Source: Burkholderiales bacterium (lineage in GTDB: Bacteria; Pseudomonadota; Gammaproteobacteria; Burkholderiales; SG8-41). Taken from it: 64,000 bases of DNA. Under the pieces are notes generated by a model. That model saw nothing but the letters and a program-made list of their open reading frames with translations. It did not search any database and was not told where the DNA came from. The stretch covers positions 4,782-68,781 of the forward strand of contig JBOIEQ010000002.1 of assembly GCA_050741255.1 (NCBI GenBank), read 5' to 3'. Below, in pieces: positions 24,914 through 34,065 of the stretch (within the stretch, counting starts at the first letter, position 1; every line of letters begins with the position of its first letter). The position numbers and the translations under genes were made by a program.

Positions 24914-27295
24914 TCAGCGGTTCTCGAACCGGTTGAGGTCGAACAGCGCCGCCTCGTCGGGCGCCCACTGCCGGTAGGCGTCCCGCACCGCGTCGCTGTG
25001 GGCCCAGAACGCCGGGTTGGTGCGGCGGACCGCGAAACGCGTAGCCAGCGCCCGGTAATCGGCCTCCGATTTCAGCCCGCGGACGGCAGCGGTGAACGCG
25101 GGCAGTTCGGCGCGCTGCAGGCGGTAGAACGCATTCGGGTAGTCCCCGATGAAGCCGGGCACCAGCGTGAGCGTGTCCTCGTCTGGCCGCAGTTCGGACG
25201 CCTCGCGGAACAGATGGCTCACATTGGCGTGCGCGGTGTCGCGGAGCAGCGTGAACCAGCGGGGCGGACCCACCGGATCGTCGACGCGCATCACGGTCAT
25301 CTCCGGCAGCCACTTCAGGCTGCGACCGCGTACCGCCGTCAGAATCTCGAGATCGCGGCGCAGCGCTTCATCCGGCACCGTCGCCAGGTCGTAGCGCTTG
25401 TCGAGCACCGGCGCGAGCCGCGCCTTCAGCAGGCCGTAGAGCTCGAGCTGCGGGTCCTTGGTGCGGTAGTCGATGCCGGTCTGGCGGTCGAACGTCGCGT
25501 TGCGCCCGTAGATGTATTCCTTCACCACATCCCGCGCGTCGCGATACCAGTAATCGGCCGTGGGCTTGCGCACGGCCTCCGGCAGGAACAACAGAAAATT
25601 GTACTCGCCCTCCATGCGCATGAAGTCCATGTAGAGCCGCGAGTTCAGCTGGTGGCCGGCGTTGCCGTAGACGTCGTAGCCCGCGACCAGCAGGTAATAC
25701 AACCGTTCGAACAACGGGTAACCGATGACCCAGCTCGTCTTCGGCGGCGTGCCGACGAAACCCTTCACCACCGTGGCATTGTCGAAGTTGCGGATGATGG
25801 TGAGCGCGGCGTTCGGGTTGCGCCCGTCGCCATCCCAGATCGTCGACAGGTTGAGCGCGCCCGGCTTGGCGAAGGCCTGCTCGAGAACGCGACTTTTCTC
25901 GCGCAGGTACTTCTTCTCTTCGTCGGCGAAATGCAGCCACGGCGTGATGATGCCCGCGTCGCTGCCGTAGGCCGCCGGCAGCGTAAGATCGCCCGTCTCG
26001 CGCACCACGAGCTCCGCATACGCGCTGTTGGCATCGAAGCGGGGATCGGTGAACACGACCCAGAAGCGGTCCTCGATCACGTTCACCGCAATCTGACCGC
26101 GGCACACCGAACCCTTGATGAAGTTCATGATGAAAAACTGCGCCTCATCGAGCAGGAAACGGTAGCGCGATTCCTGCGGCAGGTCCCGAAAGGTGATGAA
26201 GGGGTTGCTCGCCATCTTGAGCGCATACGAGGGCATGGCGGCCACGTTAAAGTCGGGCGTCAGGAACCACGCGCGATACTTGTCCATGCGCGCGGCGCCC
26301 AGCACGTACGGCATGTAGGTCTTGCCGACGGGGGTCTCCAGCTCCGGCACCAGCCGGTAATACACCCGCGCCACGCCGGGATCGTCATACGGCCGGCGCG
26401 TCGCCACCTGCGCCACCGGTTTGCCCGGCGGCGTGGTGGAACGCACGAGCCGGAAACCCATGCGGGCCACGTCATCCTCGAATATCAACTGGCCCAGATA
26501 CAGGTGCTCGTAGAGATAACGGCTCATCAGCCGCTCTTTCAGCGAATTCCCGTTAAGAAAAATCTCCCAGGCCTGCACCTGCCGCACGGCCGCGGCCGGC
26601 AGTGGCGCCACGCCTTCGAAGGGCGCGCCGGCGGCGAGCCAGCGCGTGATGACGTCCATTTCCCGCGCATTGAGACCCGGTAATCCATACGGCATGCCCC
26701 ACAGCGGATTGTCCTTTTCGAACCCGGCGTACGCCTCGACGGCCGGGCAACGCTGGCTGCGGTCGAGTCCCAGCGTGACCGCTTTCGGCAGCAGCGGCTC
26801 CGCAGGCAGCGGATGTTTCTGCTTGAGCGCGAGGCTGCGGAAGATCACGCTTGCCGCGAGGTTGCCCTCGGGCGCAGGGCGCTCGTTCAGGATCGCGGTG
26901 AAGCCCTTCTGACGCCACTGCGACGGCAGGTGCGCGTCCACGAACAGGCGGGTCAGCGGTGCCTCGTCCAGGCGCCCGCTGTCGTAGACGACCGCGGTGC
27001 TCGCGCCGCGCGCGACGCCCTCCCACGCGGTGAACTTGACCTGGCAGGGCGCGTCGTAACACGCGTGGCAGACCACGCAGCGGTTGTCGAGGATGGGCTT
27101 CACGTCCGCCCAGCGCGGCTGTCCCGGCGCCGGCGCGACGGGCACGTCGAAGCGCGCGGGATTCGCCGGCCCGTAGAGCTTGTTCAGTTCGGTGTCCTGA
27201 CGGAGCGTGGCGCAGCTCGCCACCGCGAGCGCGATCAGGGCCAGCAGGCTGCGCACGGAGGAGCGTCCGGCGGCGGCGGTCGAAGGAGGCTTCAT
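24914..27295 (-). CDS. cti: Fatty acid cis/trans isomerase (CTI), predicted lipoprotein
   Basis: 793 aa with the heme-c type motif CVVCHACYDAPCQ near the N-terminus, as in Pseudomonas Cti (CVACH). A lipobox-like VASC ends the signal peptide. Confidence 0.8.
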   Translation of the reverse strand: MKPPSTAAAGRSSVRSLLALIALAVASCATLRQDTELNKLYGPANPARFDVPVAPAPGQPRWADVKPILDNRCVVCHACYDAPCQVKFTAWEGVARGASTAVVYDSGRLDEAPLTRLFVDAHLPSQWRQKGFTAILNERPAPEGNLAASVIFRSLALKQKHPLPAEPLLPKAVTLGLDRSQRCPAVEAYAGFEKDNPLWGMPYGLPGLNAREMDVITRWLAAGAPFEGVAPLPAAAVRQVQAWEIFLNGNSLKERLMSRYLYEHLYLGQLIFEDDVARMGFRLVRSTTPPGKPVAQVATRRPYDDPGVARVYYRLVPELETPVGKTYMPYVLGAARMDKYRAWFLTPDFNVAAMPSYALKMASNPFITFRDLPQESRYRFLLDEAQFFIMNFIKGSVCRGQIAVNVIEDRFWVVFTDPRFDANSAYAELVVRETGDLTLPAAYGSDAGIITPWLHFADEEKKYLREKSRVLEQAFAKPGALNLSTIWDGDGRNPNAALTIIRNFDNATVVKGFVGTPPKTSWVIGYPLFERLYYLLVAGYDVYGNAGHQLNSRLYMDFMRMEGEYNFLLFLPEAVRKPTADYWYRDARDVVKEYIYGRNATFDRQTGIDYRTKDPQLELYGLLKARLAPVLDKRYDLATVPDEALRRDLEILTAVRGRSLKWLPEMTVMRVDDPVGPPRWFTLLRDTAHANVSHLFREASELRPDEDTLTLVPGFIGDYPNAFYRLQRAELPAFTAAVRGLKSEADYRALATRFAVRRTNPAFWAHSDAVRDAYRQWAPDEAALFDLNRFENR

Positions 27296-27296
27296 G

Positions 27297-28103
27297 TCAG
27301 TCCCTCCGCGCGGCGCTGATCCCGCCGTCGACCGTCAGCTCGGTTCCGGTGATGTAGGCCGCCTCGTCCGAGACCAGGAACAGCACGGCGTGCGCCGTGT
27401 CCCAGCCGGTGCCCATGCGTCCCATCGGCACCGCCGCGTGGCGCTTGGCGATCAGTTCCGCCGCACTGCCGGCGGACAGCTGTTTGACCAGGCGCTGCTC
27501 CACCAATGGCGTGTGCATGGTGCCCACCACCACCGTGTTGCAGCGGATGCCCTTCTTCACATACGCCATGGCCGTCGAGCGGCTGAAGGCCGCTAGCCCG
27601 GCCTTCGCGGTGCTGTAGGCCACGTTGACCCGGCCGCCGACCTGGCTGCGAAAGCCCGCGATGGAAGAAATGTTCACGATGACGCCCGCCTGCTGCTTCT
27701 CCATCACCGGCAGCACGAACTTGCAGCCCATGAACGCCGTCTTGAGGTTGAAGTCGAGCTGGCGGTCCCAGACTTCCTCCGTCATCGATACCGGATCGCC
27801 CGCCGCGGAACCGCCCACGTTGTTGACGAGGATGTCGACGCGCCCGAAACGGGCGGTGCAGGCCTCGACGGCCGCCTTCACTTCCGCCGCCTTCGTCATG
27901 TCGCAGCGGTGGACGACGCAGACGCCGCCTTCCTTCTCGATGATGTCGCGGGTTTCCAGCGCCGCCGCCTCGTCGAGGTCCGTAGCGAACACCGTCGCGC
28001 CCTGGCGCGCCAGCAGCACGGCGGTGGCCTTGCCGTTGCCCCAGCCGGGGCCCACGGTGCCGGCGCCGGCAACGAATGCGATCTTGCCCTTGAGATCAAG
28101 CAT
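27297..28103 (-). CDS. SDR family oxidoreductase
   Basis: Internal ATG of ORF 27297..28334. GKIAFVAGAGTVGPGWG, NNVG, NISSIAG and YSTAKAG (canonical Ser/Tyr/Lys). Confidence 0.85.
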   Translation of the reverse strand: MLDLKGKIAFVAGAGTVGPGWGNGKATAVLLARQGATVFATDLDEAAALETRDIIEKEGGVCVVHRCDMTKAAEVKAAVEACTARFGRVDILVNNVGGSAAGDPVSMTEEVWDRQLDFNLKTAFMGCKFVLPVMEKQQAGVIVNISSIAGFRSQVGGRVNVAYSTAKAGLAAFSRSTAMAYVKKGIRCNTVVVGTMHTPLVEQRLVKQLSAGSAAELIAKRHAAVPMGRMGTGWDTAHAVLFLVSDEAAYITGTELTVDGGISAARRD

Positions 28104-28123
28104 GGTGTACGTAACCCCGGGGC

Positions 28124-29050
28124 CTATTGATGTGCGTAAAGTTTCTTGCCCGCGACCGGCAGCTTCGCCATCAGGATGTCGCCGGAGAGCGATTCCGTGA
28201 TGTAGAGCGTTTTCAGGTCCGGGCCGCCGAAGGCGATGTTGGCGAGGTGGTGGTGCTTGTGGTCGTCCGAGGAAATCAGGTGCGTGGGCAGCATGTTGCT
28301 GTCGAAGCGCCAGATGCCGACGCCGAGCTGACACACCAGCAGGCCGTTTTCAGCGTCCATCTCGATGCCGTCGGGGCCGCCGACGCCACCGGAGAGTTGC
28401 ACCGCGACGCCGGTCTTGGAAATGGTGCCGTCGGCCATCAGCGGCAGCCGCCAGATCTGCTGCGAGCGGGTGACGCCGACGTAGCAATGCTTCTCCACCG
28501 TGGACAGCGTGATGCCGTTGGGGCTCGGCACGTTGTCGCACAGGCGGTCGAGCCGTCCCGCGGCGGACAGGCGGAACACGCGCCCGGTCGGGTCGGCGAT
28601 GCCGGTCTGGCCCTGGTCGGTGAAGTAGAGGTCGCCGTTGGAGGCGAAGTGCAGGTCGTTCAGGCCCTTGAAGCCCTCGCTGAATGCGGTGCGCAGGACG
28701 GTCTCCATTTTGCCGGTCTTCGGATCGAGCACCAGCAGGCCTTCCTTGTAGTCGCAGATGAAGATGCGGCCGTCCTTGTGGATCTTCAGCCCGTTGGGCC
28801 AGCCGTCGTACTGCGTGACGAGTTCCCAGTCACCCTTGGGGGTAATGCGGAAAATGCGGCCGAAGGGAATGTCGCAGAACCACAGGTTGCCGTCGCGATC
28901 GAAGGACGGCCCCTCCAGGAAGCATTCGACTTCCGCGTTCTGGCGATTCGGGTCGGACCACGCCGTCCGCTGCTTCTTGCGGAACTTCGCGGGCATGGAC
29001 ATGAAGACTTCGGTCTTGATGTGGGCGAGCGGCTGGAACGGATTGAACAC
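28124..29050 (-). CDS. SMP-30/gluconolactonase/LRE family protein
   Basis: Beta-propeller repeats: EGPSFDRDGNLWFCD, PNGLKIHKDGRIFICD, NDLHFASNGDLYFTD, PNGITLS and GPDGIEMD. The start could be a later ATG (MSMPAKF). Confidence 0.8.
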   Translation of the reverse strand: MFNPFQPLAHIKTEVFMSMPAKFRKKQRTAWSDPNRQNAEVECFLEGPSFDRDGNLWFCDIPFGRIFRITPKGDWELVTQYDGWPNGLKIHKDGRIFICDYKEGLLVLDPKTGKMETVLRTAFSEGFKGLNDLHFASNGDLYFTDQGQTGIADPTGRVFRLSAAGRLDRLCDNVPSPNGITLSTVEKHCYVGVTRSQQIWRLPLMADGTISKTGVAVQLSGGVGGPDGIEMDAENGLLVCQLGVGIWRFDSNMLPTHLISSDDHKHHHLANIAFGGPDLKTLYITESLSGDILMAKLPVAGKKLYAHQ

Positions 29051-29092
29051 CTGCGGACTCCGGTGGCGTGGAACGGTGGGGTGGGACGAAAA

Positions 29093-30076
29093 TCAGTCGG
29101 GCTTGGCGCCGGTGAGCTTGATGATCTTCGCCCACTTCTCGATGTCGACCTGCAGGAACCTGCGGAACTCCTCCGGCGTGCTGACTACCGGCTCGTTGCC
29201 CTCGTTCAGCAGGCGCTCGCGCATGTCCGGCGCATTCAGCACTGAGGCGATTTCCTTGTGCAGCTTGGCGACCACGGCGGGCGGCGTTTTCGCCGGCGCC
29301 ATGATGCCGTACCAGGTCGGCGCATCGAAGCCCGGCACGCCGGATTCGGCGACGGTGGGAATATCCGGCAGCGTCGGAAAGCGCTTCGCCGTGCTGACCG
29401 CGATACCCCGCAGGCGTCCCGACTTGTGGTGCGGAATGCTGACGATCAGCACCGTGAACGCCGCCTGCACTTCGTTGCCGAGCTGCGCGGTGGTCGCCGG
29501 CGCGATGCCCTTGTAGGGCACGTGCACCATGTCGAAGCCGGCGCTCTGCTTCAGCAGCTCCATCGCCAGGTGCGGCGGGCTGCCGTTGCCCGACGACCCG
29601 TAGGAGGCCGGCTTGGTTTTGGCGTAGGCGACCAGTTCCTTCACGTTCTTCACCGGCAGCGACGGATGCACCACCAGCATCATCGGCGAGATGACCGCGA
29701 GCGAGATCATCGCGAAATCGTTGACCGGGTCGAAAGGCAGCTTGGGATACAGCGTCGCGTTGCTGGCGTGACTGCCGAAGGCCATCATGAGCGTGTAGCC
29801 GTCGGGCAGGGATTTGGCGACCAGTTCCGCGCCGATCGCGCCCGCGGCGCCGCCGCGGTTGTCGATCACGAAGGTCTGGCCCCAGCGTTCGCCGAGTTTC
29901 TGGCCGATCAGGCGCGCGAGGATGTCGGTGCCGCCGCCGGGCGGGAACGGCACCACGAAGCGTACCGGCTTGTCGGGGTAAGTCGCCGCGCCCTGCGCGT
30001 GGCCCATGGCCGGGAGCGACGCCGCGGCCAGGGCGATGAGCGCCGGCAACACACGGGACTGGCGGCGAACGGACAT
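29093..30076 (-). CDS. Bug family (TctC-like) substrate-binding protein
   Basis: Signal peptide followed by YPDKPVRFVVPFPPGGGTD. Confidence 0.85.
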   Translation of the reverse strand: MSVRRQSRVLPALIALAAASLPAMGHAQGAATYPDKPVRFVVPFPPGGGTDILARLIGQKLGERWGQTFVIDNRGGAAGAIGAELVAKSLPDGYTLMMAFGSHASNATLYPKLPFDPVNDFAMISLAVISPMMLVVHPSLPVKNVKELVAYAKTKPASYGSSGNGSPPHLAMELLKQSAGFDMVHVPYKGIAPATTAQLGNEVQAAFTVLIVSIPHHKSGRLRGIAVSTAKRFPTLPDIPTVAESGVPGFDAPTWYGIMAPAKTPPAVVAKLHKEIASVLNAPDMRERLLNEGNEPVVSTPEEFRRFLQVDIEKWAKIIKLTGAKPD

Positions 30077-30200
30077 GCGCGACTCCGGAGGGACTTAAGG
30101 GCGTCATGATAAGGAACTCCACGCGCGGCGTCGATGCGATGGCGCCCGTTTGCCGGTAGCATCGCGCTTCCCGTCTCCCTCGCCTCCCCCGCCTCCGCAC

Positions 30201-31304
30201 ATGAAGATCAAGCGCATCGAGCCGATTCCCGTCAGCCTGCCGATGCTGAAGCCCATGAAGATGGCCGGCGTCGAAATCCGCGCCGCCGACAACCTGCTGG
30301 TGCGGCTGGAAACGGACAGCGGGCACGTCGGCTGGGGCGAGGCCGCCTCGGCGCCGAACATGACCGGGGAGACGGTCGAGGGCATGACGGCCGCCGCGCG
30401 CTGCATCGTGCCCGCGCTGGAAGGCCTGGCCGCGGAGAACGTCGCCGCCGTCGTCGCCGCCATGAAGCGCGCGATCTACGGCAACCTGGCGGGCAAATCC
30501 GCGATCGAAATGGCGCTGCACGATGCCCTGGGACGCGCGGCCGGCAAGCCCGTGTACGAACTGCTGGGCGGCAAACGCCGCGATCGCGTACCCGTGCTGT
30601 GGCTGCTCGGCACCGGCAGCGCAGACGGCGACGTGGCAGAAGCGCGCGCCAAGCGGGATGCCGGGGTTATCGCCTACAAGATCAAGGTCGGCGTGGACGA
30701 TCCGCTGCGCGATGCCGAGCGCACGCGCCGCATCTGCGACGCGCTGGGTGCCGGCCACCTGATTTCCGCCGACGCCAACCAGGGCTGGTCCGTCGAACAG
30801 GCCGTCGCCTACGTGAAAGCGGTCGCCGACACGCGACTGGATTTCTTCGAGCAGCCGGTGATGGGCGACGACCTCGCCGGGATGGCCACGGTGGCCGCGG
30901 CTAGCCGCGTGCTCATCGGCTTCGACGAAGGCGCGCACAGCCTCGCGGACATCGAACGCCACCACGCGATGAAAGCCGCAGCGGGCGTCAGTCTCAAGAC
31001 GATCAAGCTCGGCGGCCTGCGGCCGGTGATGGACGCGGGCGCGTTGTGCGAACGACTTGGCATGAAGATCAACCTCGCCTGCAAGATCGCCGAATCGGGC
31101 ATCGCCACATCGGGCGTACTGCACCTCGCCGCGGCGCTGCCGTCGGTGGACTGGGGCGTCAGCCTGTCGAGCCAGTACCTGGCGGATGACGTGGTGCGGG
31201 CACCGCTGGCCATCGTCGATGGGCACGCGCAGGTGCCGTCGGGCGCGGGCCTCGGCTTCGAGGTGGACGAGGCGAAGGTGCGGCGCTACACGCTGAAATG
31301 CTGA
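30201..31304 (+). CDS. Enolase superfamily enzyme (mandelate racemase/muconate lactonizing enzyme family)
   Basis: Internal ATG of ORF 30150..31304. GWGEAA capping domain, KxK in IAYKIKVG, metal ligands in SADANQGW and FFEQP. Confidence 0.8.
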   Translation: MKIKRIEPIPVSLPMLKPMKMAGVEIRAADNLLVRLETDSGHVGWGEAASAPNMTGETVEGMTAAARCIVPALEGLAAENVAAVVAAMKRAIYGNLAGKSAIEMALHDALGRAAGKPVYELLGGKRRDRVPVLWLLGTGSADGDVAEARAKRDAGVIAYKIKVGVDDPLRDAERTRRICDALGAGHLISADANQGWSVEQAVAYVKAVADTRLDFFEQPVMGDDLAGMATVAAASRVLIGFDEGAHSLADIERHHAMKAAAGVSLKTIKLGGLRPVMDAGALCERLGMKINLACKIAESGIATSGVLHLAAALPSVDWGVSLSSQYLADDVVRAPLAIVDGHAQVPSGAGLGFEVDEAKVRRYTLKC

Positions 31305-31314
31305 TCCGACCGAT

Positions 31315-32019
31315 CTACGCCAGCCGTTCCGCCAGTTCCTTGAAGTCCGCCACGATCAGGTCGGGCTGGTAGGGCCAGTTCCCGAACGGCCGTTTGCGGC
31401 GGTCGACGAACGCGGTGCGCATGCCCGCCGCCTTCGCACCCACGCAGTCGAAGGCGTGGTTGGCGACAAACAACACCTGGTCCATGGACACCCCCGTGAT
31501 CTCTGCGGCCTTGGTGTAGGTCGCTACGTGCGGCTTGAACGCGCCCGCCACCGCCACTGAAATGATGTGGTCGAACGCGATGCCGTGGTACGGGCGCGCA
31601 GCTTCCAGCATGTCCGGGTCGCCGTTCGACAGCACCGCGAGCTTGTAGCGCGTGCGCAGACGGTCCATCGCCGCCGGCACGTCGGGGAACGGGCGCAGCT
31701 TTTCGATCTCCGCCACCAGTGCGCTCACCTCCTGGTCCGTGTGCGGAATCTCCGCCCGCGTCAGGGTGGTGTCGACCGAGATCTCGCCGATGCGGCGGTA
31801 GGTGATGTGCTCCCGGTGCAGCAGCCCGTCGATCATCGAGTTCTCGAAGTGGGTGCGGCGCCACCACGTCACGAAGGCATCGGGGCGCCCCTGCCAGCCC
31901 TTGCGCTTCAGATACGGGGTGACCGCCTCGATCAGGCCGCCCTGCATGTCCACGACCGTGCCGTACTGGTCGAACATCACCACTTTGGTCGAGTTTTTCA
32001 GTTCCGCGAGAGTTGTCAT
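31315..32019 (-). CDS. Haloacid dehalogenase type II (HAD superfamily)
   Basis: This is the last 234 codons of ORF 31315..32796. Nucleophile motif VMFDQYGTVVD (DxYGT), LSNG and FVANHAFD. Confidence 0.8.
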   Translation of the reverse strand: MTTLAELKNSTKVVMFDQYGTVVDMQGGLIEAVTPYLKRKGWQGRPDAFVTWWRRTHFENSMIDGLLHREHITYRRIGEISVDTTLTRAEIPHTDQEVSALVAEIEKLRPFPDVPAAMDRLRTRYKLAVLSNGDPDMLEAARPYHGIAFDHIISVAVAGAFKPHVATYTKAAEITGVSMDQVLFVANHAFDCVGAKAAGMRTAFVDRRKRPFGNWPYQPDLIVADFKELAERLA

Positions 32020-32024
32020 TGGCT

Positions 32025-32912
32025 CTAGAGTTTGATCTTCGGGTCGAGCCAGTCGCGCAGGCTGTCGCCGAAGAGGTTGAACGCGAACACCGCGAGACTG
32101 ATCGCGATGCCCGGAAAGATGATCATCCAGGGCGCCTGCTGGTAGAAGTCCGCCGCCGATCCCGACAGCATCAGGCCCCACGACGGCGTCGGTTCGGTGA
32201 CGCCGAGGCCGAGGAAGGACAGCGAGGCCTCGGCGAGGATGGCCTGCGCCACGAACGCCGTCAGCATGATGAGGTACGGCGCAACCACGTTCGGCGCGAT
32301 GTGCCGGAAGATGATGCGGGTGTGCGAGAACCCGGCCGTGCGCGCGGCATCGATGTAGGGCATCTCGCGGATCGACAGCGCCGAGGCGCGCACCACGCGC
32401 GCCACCTTGGGCACCATCGGCAGGCCGATCGCGACCACCAGGTTCACGTCGACGCCGAGTACCACGTTCTTGCCGAGGATCGCGACCACCGTGATCGCCA
32501 GCACGATGATCGGAAAGGACAGCAGCACGTCCATCACGCGCTGGATCGCCATGTCGGTGCGGCCGCCGAAATAGGCGGACACGATGCCGATCACGGCGCC
32601 GAGCGTCGCCCCCCAGAACGACGCGAGAAAGCCCACCGCGAGCGCGGTGCGCGCGCCGTAGATGATGCGCGAGAGCACGTCGCGCCCGAAGGAGTCGGTG
32701 CCCAGCCAGTGCGCGCGCGAGGGCGCGGCCAGCATCGATGCGTAATCCACGGTCAGCGGATCGTACGGCGCCACCCACGGCGCGAAGAGCGCGCATACCG
32801 CCATCAGCACGATGAAGACCAGCCCCGCCGCACCGAGCGACTGCTGGCCGATGAAGCGCAGCACCGGATGGCGGCGCTTGGGGACGGTGTAGGTGGTGGC
32901 GGTTGTTGTCAT
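32025..32912 (-). CDS. ABC transporter permease (DppC/OppC-like)
   Basis: Internal ATG of ORF 32025..32984. It has a binding-protein-dependent transport inner membrane component, including the EAA-like loop SIREMPYIDAARTAGFSHTRIIFRHIAPN. Confidence 0.85.
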   Translation of the reverse strand: MTTTATTYTVPKRRHPVLRFIGQQSLGAAGLVFIVLMAVCALFAPWVAPYDPLTVDYASMLAAPSRAHWLGTDSFGRDVLSRIIYGARTALAVGFLASFWGATLGAVIGIVSAYFGGRTDMAIQRVMDVLLSFPIIVLAITVVAILGKNVVLGVDVNLVVAIGLPMVPKVARVVRASALSIREMPYIDAARTAGFSHTRIIFRHIAPNVVAPYLIMLTAFVAQAILAEASLSFLGLGVTEPTPSWGLMLSGSAADFYQQAPWMIIFPGIAISLAVFAFNLFGDSLRDWLDPKIKL

Positions 32913-32949
32913 GTGAGGCTGGATCACCGCAGCTGCCAACACCGGAGAA

Positions 32950-33032
32950 GGTAATGGGTAATGGGTAATGGGTAATGGGAACAACCCCGGCGCCGGTGCT
33001 TACTCATCACCCATGACTCATTACTCATCACC
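32950..33032. repeat. Tandem-unit hairpin element (7-nt unit GTAATGG x4)
   Basis: The left arm at 32951-32978 is four exact GTAATGG units. The right arm at 33000-33032 is the imperfect complement (GGTGATG AGTAATG AGTCATG GGTGATG when reverse-complemented). It lies between two permease genes. Confidence 0.75.
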
Positions 33033-33036
33033 ACGC

Positions 33037-33984
33037 TCAGCGGTAGCGGATCCGCGGGTCGAACACCGCGTAGAGCAGGTCGATCGCGAAGTTGATGAGC
33101 ACGAAGAACACCGCGACCAGCAGGACGAGCGCCTGGATCATGGTGTAGTCCCCGCGCGAGACGGCCTGCACGAACAGTTTGCCGATGCCGTTCAGGTTGA
33201 ACACCTGTTCCGTCACCACCAGCCCGCCGATCAGGAAGGCGAACTCGAGCCCGACCACGGTGATGACCGGCAGCAGCGCGTTGCGCATGGCGTGGCGCGC
33301 CACCACCAGCCGCTCGTAGACGCCCTTGGCGCGGGCGGTGCGGATGTAATCCTCCTGCAGGACTTCGAGGATGGAGGACCGCATCATCCGCGTGGCCACC
33401 GAGGAGTAGCGGTAGCCCACGGCGATGGCCGGCCAGATGAGCTGCGACAGATTGGCCCAGGGATCCTCGCGGAACGGCGTGAAGGTCAGCGGCGGGATCC
33501 ACGAGAAGTAGGTCAGCAGCAGCAGGATGATGATCATGCCGAGCCAGAACGACGGCACCGCCAGCCCGGCGATCGAGAACACGCGGATGGACTGGTCGAT
33601 CCAGGTGTCCTTGAAGATCGCCGACAGGGTGCCTAAGGGCAGCGCCAGCAGGATGGCGAGAATGGTCGCCATCACCGCCACCTGCAGGGACAGCTCGAGC
33701 CGGATGCCGATCTCGTAGGCCACCGGCTTGCCGGTCCACATCGAGTAGCCGAAGTCCCCCTGCAGGATGCCGCCGAACCATTTCACGAACTGGATCGCCA
33801 CCGGCCGGTCGAGGCCCAGCCGCGCCCGCTCCTCTTCCACCACGTGCTTCGGCACGTTGGCGCCCTCGAGCATGATCTGCACCGGATCGCCCGGCATCGC
33901 CCGCAGCATGAAGAACACCAGCAGCGCGACCCCGATCAGCGTCGGGATCATCAGCAGCAGGCGTTGGGCGATGTAGCGCAGCAT
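33037..33984 (-). CDS. ABC transporter permease (DppB/OppB-like)
   Basis: N-terminus MLRYIAQRLLLMIPTLIGVALLVFFMLR and the EAA loop YIRTARAKGVYERLVVARHAMRNAL. Confidence 0.85.
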   Translation of the reverse strand: MLRYIAQRLLLMIPTLIGVALLVFFMLRAMPGDPVQIMLEGANVPKHVVEEERARLGLDRPVAIQFVKWFGGILQGDFGYSMWTGKPVAYEIGIRLELSLQVAVMATILAILLALPLGTLSAIFKDTWIDQSIRVFSIAGLAVPSFWLGMIIILLLLTYFSWIPPLTFTPFREDPWANLSQLIWPAIAVGYRYSSVATRMMRSSILEVLQEDYIRTARAKGVYERLVVARHAMRNALLPVITVVGLEFAFLIGGLVVTEQVFNLNGIGKLFVQAVSRGDYTMIQALVLLVAVFFVLINFAIDLLYAVFDPRIRYR

Positions 33985-33990
33985 GGGTTG

Positions 33991-34063
33991 CGTGAGGCGT
34001 CAGGCGTGAAGCGTGAGGGGTAACGGTCTGGATCGCCTCACCCCTCCCGCCTCACTCCTCACC
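33991..34063. repeat. Tandem-unit hairpin element (7-nt unit CGTGAGG)
   Basis: The left arm is CGTGAGG CGTCAGG CGTGAAG CGTGAGG (33991-34018). The right arm at 34034-34063 reverse-complements to GGTGAGG AGTGAGG CGGGAGG GGTGAGG. It lies between the SBP and permease genes. Confidence 0.75.
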
Positions 34064-34065
34064 GA

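Noticed and set aside
29051-29092. GGTGG-rich direct repeats (CGGTGGCGTGGAACGGTGGGGTGGGA) in the lactonase/Bug spacer, considered as another hairpin element.
   Set aside because: There is no inverted partner arm nearby and only two loose repeats, so this does not fit the family architecture.
28830-31226. 798-aa minus-strand ORF. Similar very long ORFs occur at 16752-18971 (+), 52661-54838 (-), 61226-63061 (-), 47267-49024 (-), 14765-16804 (+), 24794-26683 (+), 34108-35757 (+) and 38961-40481 (+).
   Set aside because: They run antisense or out of frame to genes with clear family signatures. They are dominated by Arg/Ala/Gly/Pro/His runs and have no recognisable motifs. Long stop-free alternative frames like these are expected in very GC-rich DNA.
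32951-32978. Possible CRISPR or minisatellite, considered because of exact tandem repeats (GTAATGG x4, CACAGAGG x3 and others).
   Set aside because: The units are only 7-8 nt and directly abutting with no spacers. Each is always paired with an inverted copy a few tens of nt away. They are hairpin arms, not CRISPR arrays, and no cas genes are present.
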